Under the pieces are notes generated by a model that saw only the letters and a program-made list of their open reading frames with translations, was not told the DNA's origin and did no database searches. A stretch of DNA of 64,000 bases from Macrostomum lignano (taxonomy: Eukaryota): positions 992,001 through 1,056,000 of the forward strand of contig NIVC01000084.1 in assembly GCA_002269645.1 (NCBI GenBank), read 5' to 3'. Below, one piece after another: positions 14,466 through 25,590 of this stretch. Each line of letters starts with the position of its first letter. Position 1 is the first letter of the stretch. The translations under genes were made by a program, and so were the position numbers.

Positions 14466-16005
14466 GAAAGCGCCTGATGAACAGGCTTTGGTTGCGCGTT
14501 TCTCTCTCGAACCTATTTTAAAGGGCTTTGATTGATTCAATGCTACTAAAAGACTTGCTGACCAGACCCAAAAGCCAAATACAAAAGTTGTGTTAAACAA
14601 GAATTTTCAGGCAAAGCATCATTGGCGTACGCGAACGCCCCCAAGCCAACCTTATTTGACGCAGTTGTCAAAGTCCAGAGCCAACGAAACTGCGAACTTA
14701 AGTTTATTAATTATAATCTGGGAATTTCATTAAAAAGTGTATCACCTAGTTATTCTAAATAACTTTGCAGGAAAGATTTTTCTGCCATTTAATTAAACTT
14801 CCAAAGAAAAATTTGTTAGCTGCACGATGTTGTTGAATGACGGAAATGAGACTAAAGTGTATATATAGTTTGGCAGAAACGATTGTAAATATGATTAACC
14901 CTCACAGAGCAACAGATTGATGTGATGACGTAGTGATTGATGTGTGCTATAGATTAGGAAATGCAATACGACAGGCATTTATTTACTCAGTTGTAAATCC
15001 ATTGCGTCATCATCATCATTGGCGCTCCTGTTTGCACAGTGCAGCTGGAGCTCGATGGCAGCTTGCATGGTCTCTCTGACCTACCTCACCTACATAATTT
15101 CCAGTAAATGGATTGCTTTCGGTTTCCTGTCTCTCATCTTCTTTCTCTTAGTGCAGTGCAGACTCTGACGCCCCCTCTCCCCTCTTTACCCTCTTCCCAA
15201 CTTTACTCTCTCTCTGGCCCTCTCCCCTTAACTCTCTCTCCCCTCTCTAACTTCTCTCCCCTTTCCCCTCTCTTCCCTTTCTTCTATCTCTCCCCTCTTT
15301 ACCCTCTCTCTTATCTTTCCCCTCTCTTCCCTCTGCACCCTCTCTCCTAATCGTTTCCTCATCTCGGACAAAGTCAATAAGATTCTATGCGTACGCCACA
15401 GTCTACGCATTTGTTTAGCAATACCTCGTATTAATAGTAGAAAATAAAGAAAAAACAAATCGGCTTTAAAAGCGCTAAGCGATTTTTTTACAAAACTTAT
15501 ACATAACTTTGTAAGGATTGAAAAGCTCAGTAAGCGTCTCCACAACTGAGGGTCTCCGTCGACCACACAACGCTCAGGACAGTCAATTATATTGTTTAAA
15601 TAAGTGTATTACAAAGGAGACAGGAAAACATTTACTGGTAATGTGAAAAGGAAAGAAGTGATATTGTTCTTCAGCAGCTAGGAAATCAGCATTATAAATA
15701 AATTATTCTGTACAACACCTGCTGTTATTTTTACGTGAAATCAGTGCTTTTATTATAGAGAAAGGAATAGAAAATATAATAATAATAACAATCGAAGGCT
15801 ATGAAAGAAGGGTGGGCGGGTTTTTGTCTTTTCTAGGAAATAATACCAGTATAACAATGTCTAAGTCAGTGTCAGCAAACAGTGCAGGTACCGGCTCAGC
15901 ATTTTTTAAATTTCGATGCTATCAATAAGTTGCGTCATGCACCTTGACCTTCAAAATGGAACACTTGGAGATGCTTAAAATGGCAATTAGTACGTTTCAA
16001 TCTAC

Positions 16006-16175
16006 GGGGGTCGGCGTAGTCGATTGGTAAAGCGTGTGCCCCGTTTCCGTCAAATTTGAGTGAAGGTCGCGGGTTCGTATCCTACTTGATTCTGATTGTA
16101 TTTATGAATCATAATCTGTGATTTAATAGCGGCTGTGCCTGAACTCGGCAGATTGTGAGCGAAGTAATATGAAAA
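16006..16175 (+). mobile_element. tRNA-derived SINE-like fragment
   Basis: GGGGGTCGGCGTAGTCGATTGGTAAAGCG (A box) and GGGTTCGTATCC (B box, ~16071-16082) with an expanded intervening loop; no cloverleaf and no clear TSD. Confidence 0.55.
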
Positions 16176-16317
16176 AATTAAATAATTAACAAAATACTAT
16201 GTACTTGGAAAAAAATCAAGTCATCTAATGAAACAGTTCGAGACGATAATAACACAGTAATTGTGCGCCTGTTCCCTTTCCAGGTAAATAAACATAGACA
16301 TCAACGCTCATGCACAT

Positions 16318-16973
16318 TTACGTTGCTGCCACCTGTTGTCGAATAGAATCTGAGCGCTTCTTATCCTCCAGGTGCCGCTGCATCTGTCTATCAAGCTCCG
16401 GATCGTGAAGAAGCTGGGATGGGTTATTAGCGAGATGCGTGCATTAGCTAACGATGTTAAAAAAGCTGTCCGACAAAACTGTCTTACTCGACATATCGGC
16501 ACAAATTTTAGATGAAGGCAAAAATGCTAAATAAATAGCACAGTGATTGATTTTCAAGCTAATTTACCTTGTTAACATCAACGGATGCTTTTTGACCAGG
16601 TTGCTGTTGTTGCTGCTTCGGTTGCTGCTTTTGCTGGGCCGCAGGTTTTCCAACCGGCTTCTTCTGCTGCAGATTCTTCGAATAGGCCTTCATCTAATTT
16701 CGGGTTAAATGCGGTGGGGAAATTGATCAGCTGGACTAAATCGATTGCTGATAATGCTATGCTAGAGTTGTGTAGCATAATCCAATGGCTGCTCAAGTAG
16801 AATGTGAGACTAAATTAAATCATCCTTTGAAGATTCCACCACGTTCTTCGCCCAATTTGTTTTAATGAAACTCACCCTACTTCTCTTCTCTTGAGCTTCG
16901 CGTTTGGCTTGAAGTTCGACTTCGCTTAAAGTTTGCCCGGTTTTCAGGTCGACTTCGGGTCGAATCTGGCTTC

Positions 16974-17011
<38 letters not shown>

Positions 17012-20000
17012 TCACCGCTCACTTCTGCATGTTTCACTGCTGGTTGCTTTTCAGCCTCTGACGGTGTGGAAGATGCTTGCTGCTGCTGCTGCTTCTGTTG
17101 CTGCTGCGGTTGCTGAGTCTTTTCAGTCCCCAACGTAGCCTTGTTCCGTTCGTTGATAGCTTTAGCGTATTGCTGCTTTTTCTTGTAGAGCTGGTGCTGC
17201 ACAGGATTGTTCGAGTGGCGGGTGAGAATGTAATGATATAGTCAAATTACAATCTTGACCGGATATATTTACATGAATTTTTTTATTACACCTGCCCTAA
17301 TGGCCAGATGTGCACCCGACAGCTCAGCCGCAGCTATTGCGCGGCACATCTGAAGGCTGCGTACGGCTGTTCAGTCCAAGGACTGGGGGGGATCGCCACA
17401 CACACCCTCAATTACCCCAGCTAATGCTGGCACCCATTTTACAGCTGGGTGAACTGAAGCAATGCAGAGTTAAGTGTCTTGCGCAAGGACACAAATTGTT
17501 TCAGCGGGAATCGAACCCCCAACCTTCAAGTCGTGAGTCCGACGCTCTGACCACTAGGCTACAACCCACTTTATTCCAAATAGAATATTCATGGAATAAA
17601 GAACCTTAGCTAACAATCGGTGCCAATCTAATTGGAATCTCTGTTCGGCTAAAAGTCAAAGCATCCTAACCGACTCACCGAAATTCTGTACCCGTCGTTC
17701 TCTTTATCGTGACCGAGGCCGCCCAGAGTTGCAACCGATTTAAGGTTCTGAAAGTCGCTCACGTTGTATGGAGTGTAGCCTGGCGACGTGGCGGCCTGCT
17801 GGAACTTGGTTGAATAACCGCCGACCTCCTGTCGTAGATTCATTTCAAATTCAAATATTAAGAAAACGGTTTCGATAATCATTTCCGTGCTAATTTGGCT
17901 ACTTACAACAGTAGCCAAGTAAAAGATATGTGATTCGAAATTTAAGGAGAGCGTAATGAATTTAACAAGCGTGGAATATTCCATTACAAATGGAAAATAC
18001 CTGGCACAATTAAGCGTGGAATATTCCATTAGGAATATCAAGCACAATAATTAAGCATGCAATATTCAGTTACGAATATTAAGCAAAATAAAGTATCTTT
18101 GCCTTTTACAAAATGATAATTAGTGTTATCATTTAGGTTGGTTAATAGTATCACTAGGAAATTATTATTTATACCTCTGAATTACTATAATCAGTAGCCG
18201 AAAAATCGGTGTTGCTCGCATCAAACTGCAACTCTGTCACTGTTCGATCTTCGGCAATAGTTGAGTTGGTTGCCGCAGTTGCAGTTGCTGTTGTGTTGAC
18301 AGTTTTTGATGTAGCCGCGCTTTTGTCTCTGTTGGAGTCTCCAGATGAAGCTGCTATGATCGTCTTGGTTAGCTAAGTTAAAACACAGAGTGGCGCACAC
18401 AAGTTTAGTGCTTAAGTAGCGTTGTTAACAGTTAACATAATTGTGTTATTTTTTGCTTTTGGTGTTCCAGTATTTCTTGCGTACTATTAGCTCGTAGTCG
18501 TGTGCGTGGTAGATTGTTTTAACTGGACCGGATTAGAATGAACTGGATTGTATTAGCTATTAGGGTTAGACAGGGTTCGACAGGATTTGATCGGAGTATG
18601 AGCGTAGCTTTAAGTAGTGTGGATTGTATTAAATTGGAGTGGATGGGATTAAATTGGAGTGGATAAAATTGGAATGGATTGGAGTGGATAGGATTAAATT
18701 GGAGTGGATTCGATTAGATTGGGTTGGATTAAATTTGAGTGTTTGGATTAGATGAGATTGTATTTGATTGGACTGGATTGTATTGGAGTGGTTTGGTTTA
18801 TATTGGAGTGGATTGGATTAAATTGGAGTGGATTGGTTTATATTGGAGTGGATTGGATTAAATTGGAGTGGATTGGATTAAATTGAAATGGACTGGATTA
18901 AACTGGATTGGACTGGATTAAACTGGATTGGAGTGGATCGGATTATATTGAAGTGGGTTAGTTTAAAATAGGATGGAGTGGGTTAAAATGAATTTGAACT
19001 GGAGAGAGCATGATTGTTGTAGATATTTTCACCAATTAGAATTAAAGCTACAGGTTTTAATAACAGTTCAATCAACAGCAAACGGAAGTGCGATCGGGCA
19101 ACTAACACGAGCCTTCAAAATCACCTTGTCCAATTCTCTGCTGTCAATTTTCTTAGCTCCAGCCCCGGGTCCGGAGATCGGCGGCAGCGGTTGATTGTAC
19201 TTTCCCGGCGGCGAGCGCGACATGGAGCCGGCCAGCCGAGTGCCCGTGTACTTGAACTGCCGGTTCAGAGTGGACTCGTCAATCACCACGCGGGGAGAAG
19301 CCGCGGCTGCCGCGGCGGCATCGAAGGACTGGTTGAGACCAGCTTGTCCATGTCTGGGCGACTGGCGATACGAGATCTGCTGCTGCTGCTGTGGCTGTTG
19401 CTGCTGTTTGTGAAAAGTAAAAACACCACGTAAGTTTGTACGTATTACCGTTAGTATTCCCAGATAATGAGAAAGCTGCATGCCCTGTGCGTGTGCTGTT
19501 GAGTGTGCTGTTGAGTGTGCTGTTGAGTGTGCTGTTGAGTGTGCTGTTGAGTGTGCTGTTGAGTGTGCTGTTGAGTGTGCTGTTGAGTGTGCTTTAAAGT
19601 GTGCTGTTGAGTGTGCTGTTGAGTGTGCTGTTGAGTGTGCTGTTGAGTGTGCTGTTGAGTGTGCTGTTGAGTGTGCTGTTGAGTGTGCTGTTGAGTGTGC
19701 TGTTGAGTGTGCTGTTGAGTGTGCTGTTAAGTCTGCTGTTGAGTGTGCTGTTGAGTGTGCTGTTGAGTGTGCTGTTGAGTGTGCTGTTGAGTGTGCTGTT
19801 GAGTGTGCTGTTGAGTGTGCTGTTGAGTGTGCTGTTAAGTCTGCTGTTGAGTGTGCTGTTGAGTGTGCTGTTGAGTGTGCTGTTGAGTGTGCTTTAAAGT
19901 GTGCTGTTGAGTGTGCTGTTGAGTGTGCTGTTGAGTGTGCTGTTGAGTGTGCTGTTGAGTGTGCTGTTGAGTGTGCTGTTGAGTGTGCTTTAAAGTGTGC

Positions 20001-23000
20001 TGTTGAGTGTGCTGTTGAGTGTGCTGTTGAGTGTGCTGTTGAGTGTGCTGTTGAGTGTGCTGTTGAGTGTGCTGTTGAGTGTGCTGTTGAGTGTGCTGTT
20101 GAGTGTGCTGTTGAGTGTGCTGTTGAGTGTGCTGTTGAGTGTGCTGTTGAGTGTGCTGTTGAGTGTGCTGTTGAGTGTGCTGTTGAGTGTGCTGTTGAGT
20201 GTGCTGTTGAGTGTGCTGTTGAGTGTGCTGTTGAGTGTGCTGTTGAGTGTGCTGTTGAGTGTGCTGTTGAGTGTGCTGTTGAGTGTGCTGTTAAGTCTGC
20301 TGTTGAGTGTGCTGTTGAGTGTGCTGTTGATTGTGGTGTTAAGTCTGCTGTTGAGTGTGCTGTTGAGTGTGCTTTAAAGTGTGCTGTTGAGTGTGCTTTA
20401 AAGTGTGCTGTTGAGTGTGCTTTTGAGTGTACCGTCAATGGATGCTGTACTAAGTTGTGATTGCAAGAACTAAAACGCAATTGTAGTCAGCTTCTATAGC
20501 TTCTAGCGCAAGGTTCTAGCTTGAATACGAGCGAATATGACAGTGGGGTAGGCCCTATTATTTGAGCACTATTATTATTAATTGAGATAATTGAGATTAA
20601 TTGAGATTGCGACATCTAATGGGCCAGGGTTTCTGATAATAAAAGAGGTTGATTTTGATAACTTTTGCGAGATCGGAGAGATAATAGAAGATAAGAAATC
20701 CATCGGTAATTAAATTGTAAAGTCAGAGCCCAGAGAAATTATGTAATAAAGGAGGGATAAAATAATGAACAGTGACTGGTTTTGCTGATAAAATGCTAAT
20801 ACTTTGATAACAAAGATATTAGCTACCTGCGGCATCGTGTGCTGCTGCTGCTGCGGCTGCGGAGGCATCTGCACTGGCGGCACGCCGTACACCGGATAAG
20901 GCTGGTAGGGATATACGAATGCCTGAGGCGGTGGCGGCGGCGGAGGTGGCGGTGGCCCGGCCACTGGCACGGTGACCGGCTGGCCATTGATATCGTAGGC
21001 TGTGACGTAATGCGCCTGCTGATAAGGCCAATAGGCCTCGGCTCTGGCCAGTGCCGCTGCATCTGCTCCGTGCAGCATCCGGTCGGCAGGAACCGAGTGG
21101 CGCTGGGGTTGGAAAATGCGCAGAAGGGGTTTTCTCTTTCTTAGTTAGTTTACAGGACAGGCGCCATTTTTAAGTCATGTACGTGTAGCGTAGCTATTCA
21201 GTCACGTGATCTGGGCGCCGCAGTATCTAAACAATCACGTGACCAAACAAAACTGTCAGCTTAGAGAATGTCACGTGATCTGGGCGCCAGGGCATCTAAA
21301 CAATCACGTGACTCAACAACAAAACTGCCAACTGAAAGAATGTCACGTGATCTGGGCACCGCGGCATCTAAACAATCACGTGACTCAACAACAAAACTGT
21401 CAGCTTAGAGAATGTCACGTGATCTGGGCGCCAGGGCATCTAAACAATCACGTGACTCAACAAAAAACTGTTAGCTTAGAGAATGCCACGTGATCTGGGC
21501 GCCAGGGCATCTAAACAATCACGTGACTCAACAACAAAACTGTCAGCTTAGAGAATGTCACGTGATCTGGGCGCCGCGTAGAAGCTGGAAGAGAAACTTG
21601 CGTCTCTACCTGATTCTCAGCCGGTACCTCCTGCTGCTGCTGTTGCTGCAGTTTCTGCAGTCGCGGATCGGCGCTGGTCTGCTTTGAAGTGGCCGCCGCT
21701 TGCGACTTTCTCTGCTGCGAGCCGCCACTACCAACCGATTGTAGGGCCGCCATGCGCGACATCCACACCTGCTCCGGAGGCGACTGATCATCCAGCTGAG
21801 TTACCTCTAGACTGTCCTCAAGATGCTGCTGTTGCTTCTGCTGTTGCAACGGCTGTTGCATAGTAACAGACTTCTTCTGTTTGGGCTTCTCTCGTTTCTC
21901 GCGATAGATTTTACCGTAGGATTTGGTTGGCAGCCTGTTGGTTGGTAGCTTCTTGTTCTCTTCGACAAAGTCTTTGTCCAACGGTTGGCTGGGAGGCTGC
22001 GGCTGTTTCTGTTGGACAGCTGGTCTCTGTTTTACCTGGCTCTGCTTGTTGATGGGTTGCTGCTGCTGAACCTGGAGGAATTAATCAAAATATATTATGT
22101 TGATAGATTAGTAATCAATAGCCTAAAACTAAAGTCTACATGAATAAGCTCGTAATATGAGATTTACAAATATGTATGTACAGAAGTCAGCTTGGAGTCT
22201 CCGGAATCGTATAGAGATCTAATAAAAGGTAGACTTGAGATTTATGAGAGGTAGACTTGAGATCTATGAGAGGTAGAATTGAGATCTATGAAAGGTAGAA
22301 TTGAGATCTATGAAAGGTAGATTGAGATTTAGAGAAGACTGCAAGATTGCGATCCGTAGAAGTAGGTTAATATATAAAAAATTCTCAGTTCAAGGATTTC
22401 GTGCACTGTATAACACTTCGTCTTTATCTACTCATCTCCCTCACCTGCGGCAGCGGCTGCCTCAATGAATCCGGTTGAATCGGTGAACCTTCATTCCTCA
22501 TCAGCTGCTGGTGCGGCCCGGCCTGACCACCGTAGACCATGTCGCGTTTCAGCTTTCGTAGAAACTCCAAATCCTCAGCCGTTGGCATCGCGTTGGCGGC
22601 GGCGGCGGCGGCGGCCGACCTTCCCGTGGTGTCGGCGGCCATCGACTCGCTGGGCGGGTTCCTGCCGCTGTCGTAATAATCCGGCTCGATTTGTAAGCCA
22701 CCGAGCTGGCGACTCAGCCGGGTCACGTGATCAATTTCGGCTCGACGATTCGATGAAAGATCTTGCGGCTGCTGCTTCGATGGATGCTGATGCTGATGTT
22801 GATGAGGCTTCGGATGATGCTGACCAGCTTCGTCGTCGTCAGTCTCTTCGGTGTCGTTGTCGCGCAGGTCGATGTCGAGGGAGTCGCGATAGAGATGCTG
22901 CTGAGAGGCTGTGGCCTCCTCCATGTGCAACAGGTCCAAGCGCGGGACACTGCCGCCGCCGCCGCCGCCGCCGCCGCTCGCTTTGGCGCCGCTGATGGGC

Positions 23001-24108
23001 CCGACGCTCTGCTTGTCAAGCTTGGCCACCTAAATGAGGATTGTTTTTCGTCATCTAGCTCATTCACGAGCTACAGGTGTTGGAAAACGTACTCGAATTT
23101 ATTCCTTGGATTGGTTGGTTACCCGTGTTCCCAAATGTTTGCTTACCTATGTACTTTGTGTTGCTTAGGGATTGATTACCTATGTACTTGTGTTGCTAAG
23201 GGATTGATTACCTGTAAATTTGCGTTGCTTAGGGGTTGATTACCTGTGTACTTGTGTTGCTTAGAGATTGATTACCTGTATACTTTTGTTGCTAAGGCCT
23301 TGTTTATCTGTGTTGCTAGGGCTTGATTTGTGTTGCTTAGAGGATAATATATCGAGACAGAGACTGATATCTGTTACCATAGAGTTAATTTACCTGCTTT
23401 AAACAGACTGATATCTGTTACTAAAGGGGCAGATTACTTGTGCTTCCTACCTGGTTAATAGTACATGTAGGTCATGCTACCTGTCTAAACTGACTTAAGC
23501 CTCGTACACAAGCAAACACATACCTGATTAGCCATCTGATCTAATCTCCGCTGCATCTCAGCCTGATAGCGAATCTCCCCAGCCAACTCTTGGTCAGCCG
23601 CCACCGCCTCATCATCGTCCGGTTGTTGAAGGTGTCCGGTCTCGTCCTGGAGACCGTAGACTGGAAGAGGTTCAGCTGCGACTCCGTGGCGATGACTGAA
23701 CTCCCCGGTTGGCGACAAATCCATGGCTTGGTAGCGAGGATGTTGCTGCTGCCGCTGCCGCTGCCGCTGCGGTAGGCTCTGCTGATGAGGCAGATGTGCG
23801 ATCCCAGCATCCCCTAATCCGTATGCTCCACCGACATTCTCATCGTCATCAAAGTCATCGCCGATTCGACTGCTCACAAATCTGTACTCATTGTCGTCCT
23901 CTTTTTCGTGCGGATAATCCACGTAGACTTTCTGTTGGAGCAGCTGCTGCTGCCAGTTCTCCGATTCCTCATCGTAGTACTCCTCGTCAGCCTCGCCGGG
24001 ATCCTCGGCATCGTCATAAAGTTCTCCTTCATCGTTGTACTCTTCGTCGAGTGAATCACGCGGTGTGTAAACGCCGGCTGCTGCCCCAGCCACCAAATGG
24101 CTGCTCAT
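16318..24108 (-). CDS. JHY: Jhy protein homologue (C11orf63), 10 exons, ~1031 aa
   Basis: Exons 24108-23524, 23029-22445, 22071-21610, 21102-20827, 19403-19107, 18372-18175 (least certain), 17828-17679, 17196-16876, 16693-16568, 16413-16318; all phase 0. C-terminal motifs YTPYNVSDFQNLKSVATLGGLGHD, KKQQYAKAINERN, KRSRMKAYSKNL and QRHLEDKKRSDSIR parallel the JHY motifs Y..Y..LK.DV.LGGLGPD, QKEYAKQV…N, ALEYAK and RHE.EKQAV. Confidence 0.8.
17278..17567 (-). mobile_element. tRNA-derived SINE with CORE/Meta-like domain
   Basis: Minus strand: GGGTTGTAGCCTAGTGG (A box), GGTTCGATTCC (B box), then TGTGTCCTTGCGCAAGACACTTAAC…CAGTTCACCCAGCTGTAAAATGGG (17493-17433), similar to the MIR CORE motif; A tail at 17278-17284. 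Confidence 0.85.
18610..18990. repeat. Degenerate ~20-bp minisatellite in a JHY intron
   Basis: TGGATTGGATTAAATTGGAG-like units. Confidence 0.85.
19491..20430. repeat. 12-bp minisatellite in a JHY intron
   Basis: GAGTGTGCTGTT, ~78 copies; source of the HSTA/CAVE/LLSV ORFs. Confidence 0.98.
21202..21575. repeat. ~70-72-bp tandem repeat (5+ copies) with two CACGTG E-boxes per unit
   Basis: TCACGTGATCTGGGCGCC…AACAATCACGTGACTCAAC…; about 11 CACGTG sites. Confidence 0.93.
22225..22340. repeat. Short ~22-bp tandem repeat in a JHY intron
   Basis: GAGATCTATGAAAGGTAGAATT-like units. Confidence 0.75.
23130..23340. repeat. Degenerate ~32-bp tandem repeat in JHY intron 1
   Basis: GATTGATTACCTGTGTACTTGTGTTGCTTAGG-like units. 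Confidence 0.75.
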
Positions 24109-24264
24109 TCTTTATTTCCAAGAATTAGAAAGCTATTATTTCAATTTTATTGTTTTGTTATAATTTGGAGTTAGTTTTGTAGAGAGATTTATCAGAAATG
24201 GTTTTAGTAATCGTTTAAGTAAGGTAAGATATTTAATGTTTCTTTACAAGTATTTGGTAGGGTC

Positions 24265-24760
24265 TATAGCGGCCAGCGGCGATCCACAATTAGACCCACA
24301 GGGGGGTGAGAGGGGGGCTGGGGCAGCGGCGATCCATAATTAGACACACAGGGGGGTTGAGAGGGGGGCTGGGGCAGCGGCGATCCATAATTAGACACAC
24401 AGGGGGGTTGAGAGGGGGGCTGAGGCAGCGGCGAACCACAATTAGACACACAGTGGGGGGGGGGTTGAGAGGGGGGCTGAGGCAGCGGCGATCCACAATT
24501 AGACACACAGTGGGGGGGGGTTGAGAGGGGGGCTGGGCCAACGTTGAGTGGGGGGGGGCTGGGCCACCGGCGATCCACAATTAGACACACAGCGGGGTTG
24601 AGGGGGGCTGTGGGGCAGCGGCGATCCACAATTAGACACACAGTGGGGGTTGAGGGGGGCTGTGGGGCAGCGGCGATCCACAATTAGACACACAGCGGGG
24701 GTTGAGGGGGGCTGTGGGGCAGCGGCGATCCACAATTAGACACACAGCGGAGGTTGAGGG
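24265..24760. repeat. G-run-rich ~50-bp minisatellite upstream of JHY
   Basis: GCAGCGGCGATCCACAATTAGACACACAG(G)nTTGAGA(G)nCT(G)n, ~10 copies. Confidence 0.93.
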
Positions 24761-24930
24761 TAAAATGGGTTTCGTAATAGATCAAACAACTATTGTAAAA
24801 AACGCTTTTTGTATTTTAAACTATTTTAACTAGCTTGATGCAAACAACTCAAACAGCTAATAAAAAGCGATAGATAAAATTTGATTACTGAGTAAAGTCT
24901 GAGGAAAAAGCATTGATAGCATAGCATTGA

Positions 24931-24944
24931 GATTTCTTGGTAAC
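24931..24944. promoter_or_regulatory. Possible RFX X-box upstream of JHY
   Basis: GATTTCTTGGTAAC, 11/14 match to GTTNCCATGGNAAC with an intact GGTAAC half-site; ~820 bp upstream of the JHY ATG. Confidence 0.3.
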
Positions 24945-25198
24945 AGATACGCTCGTATGTAAAAAGTTACGATCTTAAACTGACTCATTAAAGTCATATT
25001 GAGCAACGTGTTATTGTCTAAAAATTGCATGTACAAAATATCACCGCTGTTAGGGAGCACACATGATGTGTACAACGAACATCAAATTCGAAAAAAGCTA
25101 GAATCTCACAATCCTAAAAAGCGCATACCTATATAGTCAAGCACCTGAATACTTTTATATGACAATAAATAATCCTTACTAAAAAAATTAAGTACCAA

Positions 25199-25226
25199 CA
25201 GGGACTACTCAATTGAGTAGTCCCTG
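25199..25226. mobile_element. 28-bp perfect palindrome flanked by an 8-bp direct repeat (TIR-only hAT-like micro-element)
   Basis: CAGGGACTACTCAA|TTGAGTAGTCCCTG; flanks AGTACCAA (25191-25198) and AGTAACAA (25227-25234), 7/8 identical. Confidence 0.6.
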
Positions 25227-25429
25227 AGTAACAATAAGTTATGCCGAAATGCAATACAATTTAACAGTCACAGTGGATCATTTTAGAGTAAAAAAAATAT
25301 CACACATACATCTTACCTATAATGCCTGTCTGAGATTATAATTTTATACGTCTAAATTGGCTAAGTATATGGAGATAGAATCAAGTTGAAAGCTAGGGCA
25401 GCTATTCATTACGAGTTGTTAAATGGGGC

Positions 25430-25582
25430 TCTGTTTAGGGGGAACTGTTTAGGGGGCAATGTTTAGGGGGCACTGTTCTAGGGGGCACTGTTCTTTGGGC
25501 ACTGTTCTAGGGGGCACTGTTCTAGGGGGCACTGTTCTAGGGGGCACTGTTCTAGGGGGCACTGTTCTAGGGGGCACTGTTC
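25430..25582. repeat. 15-bp minisatellite immediately 3' of the membrane-protein stop codon
   Basis: CTAGGGGGCACTGTT, ~10 copies. Confidence 0.92.
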
Positions 25583-25590
25583 GGTAAAAT

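Noticed and set aside
17495-17567. tRNA gene (also heads at 4730, 16006, 56818)
   Set aside because: A and B boxes are present but acceptor and anticodon stems do not pair, and each continues into a SINE body.
19068-20480. 470-aa HSTA-repeat and 326-aa CAVE-repeat ORFs
   Set aside because: 12-bp intronic repeat; only 19403-19107 is a real JHY exon.
22465-24128. Overlapping plus-strand ORFs opposite JHY exons 1-2
   Set aside because: GC-rich antisense shadows of real coding exons.
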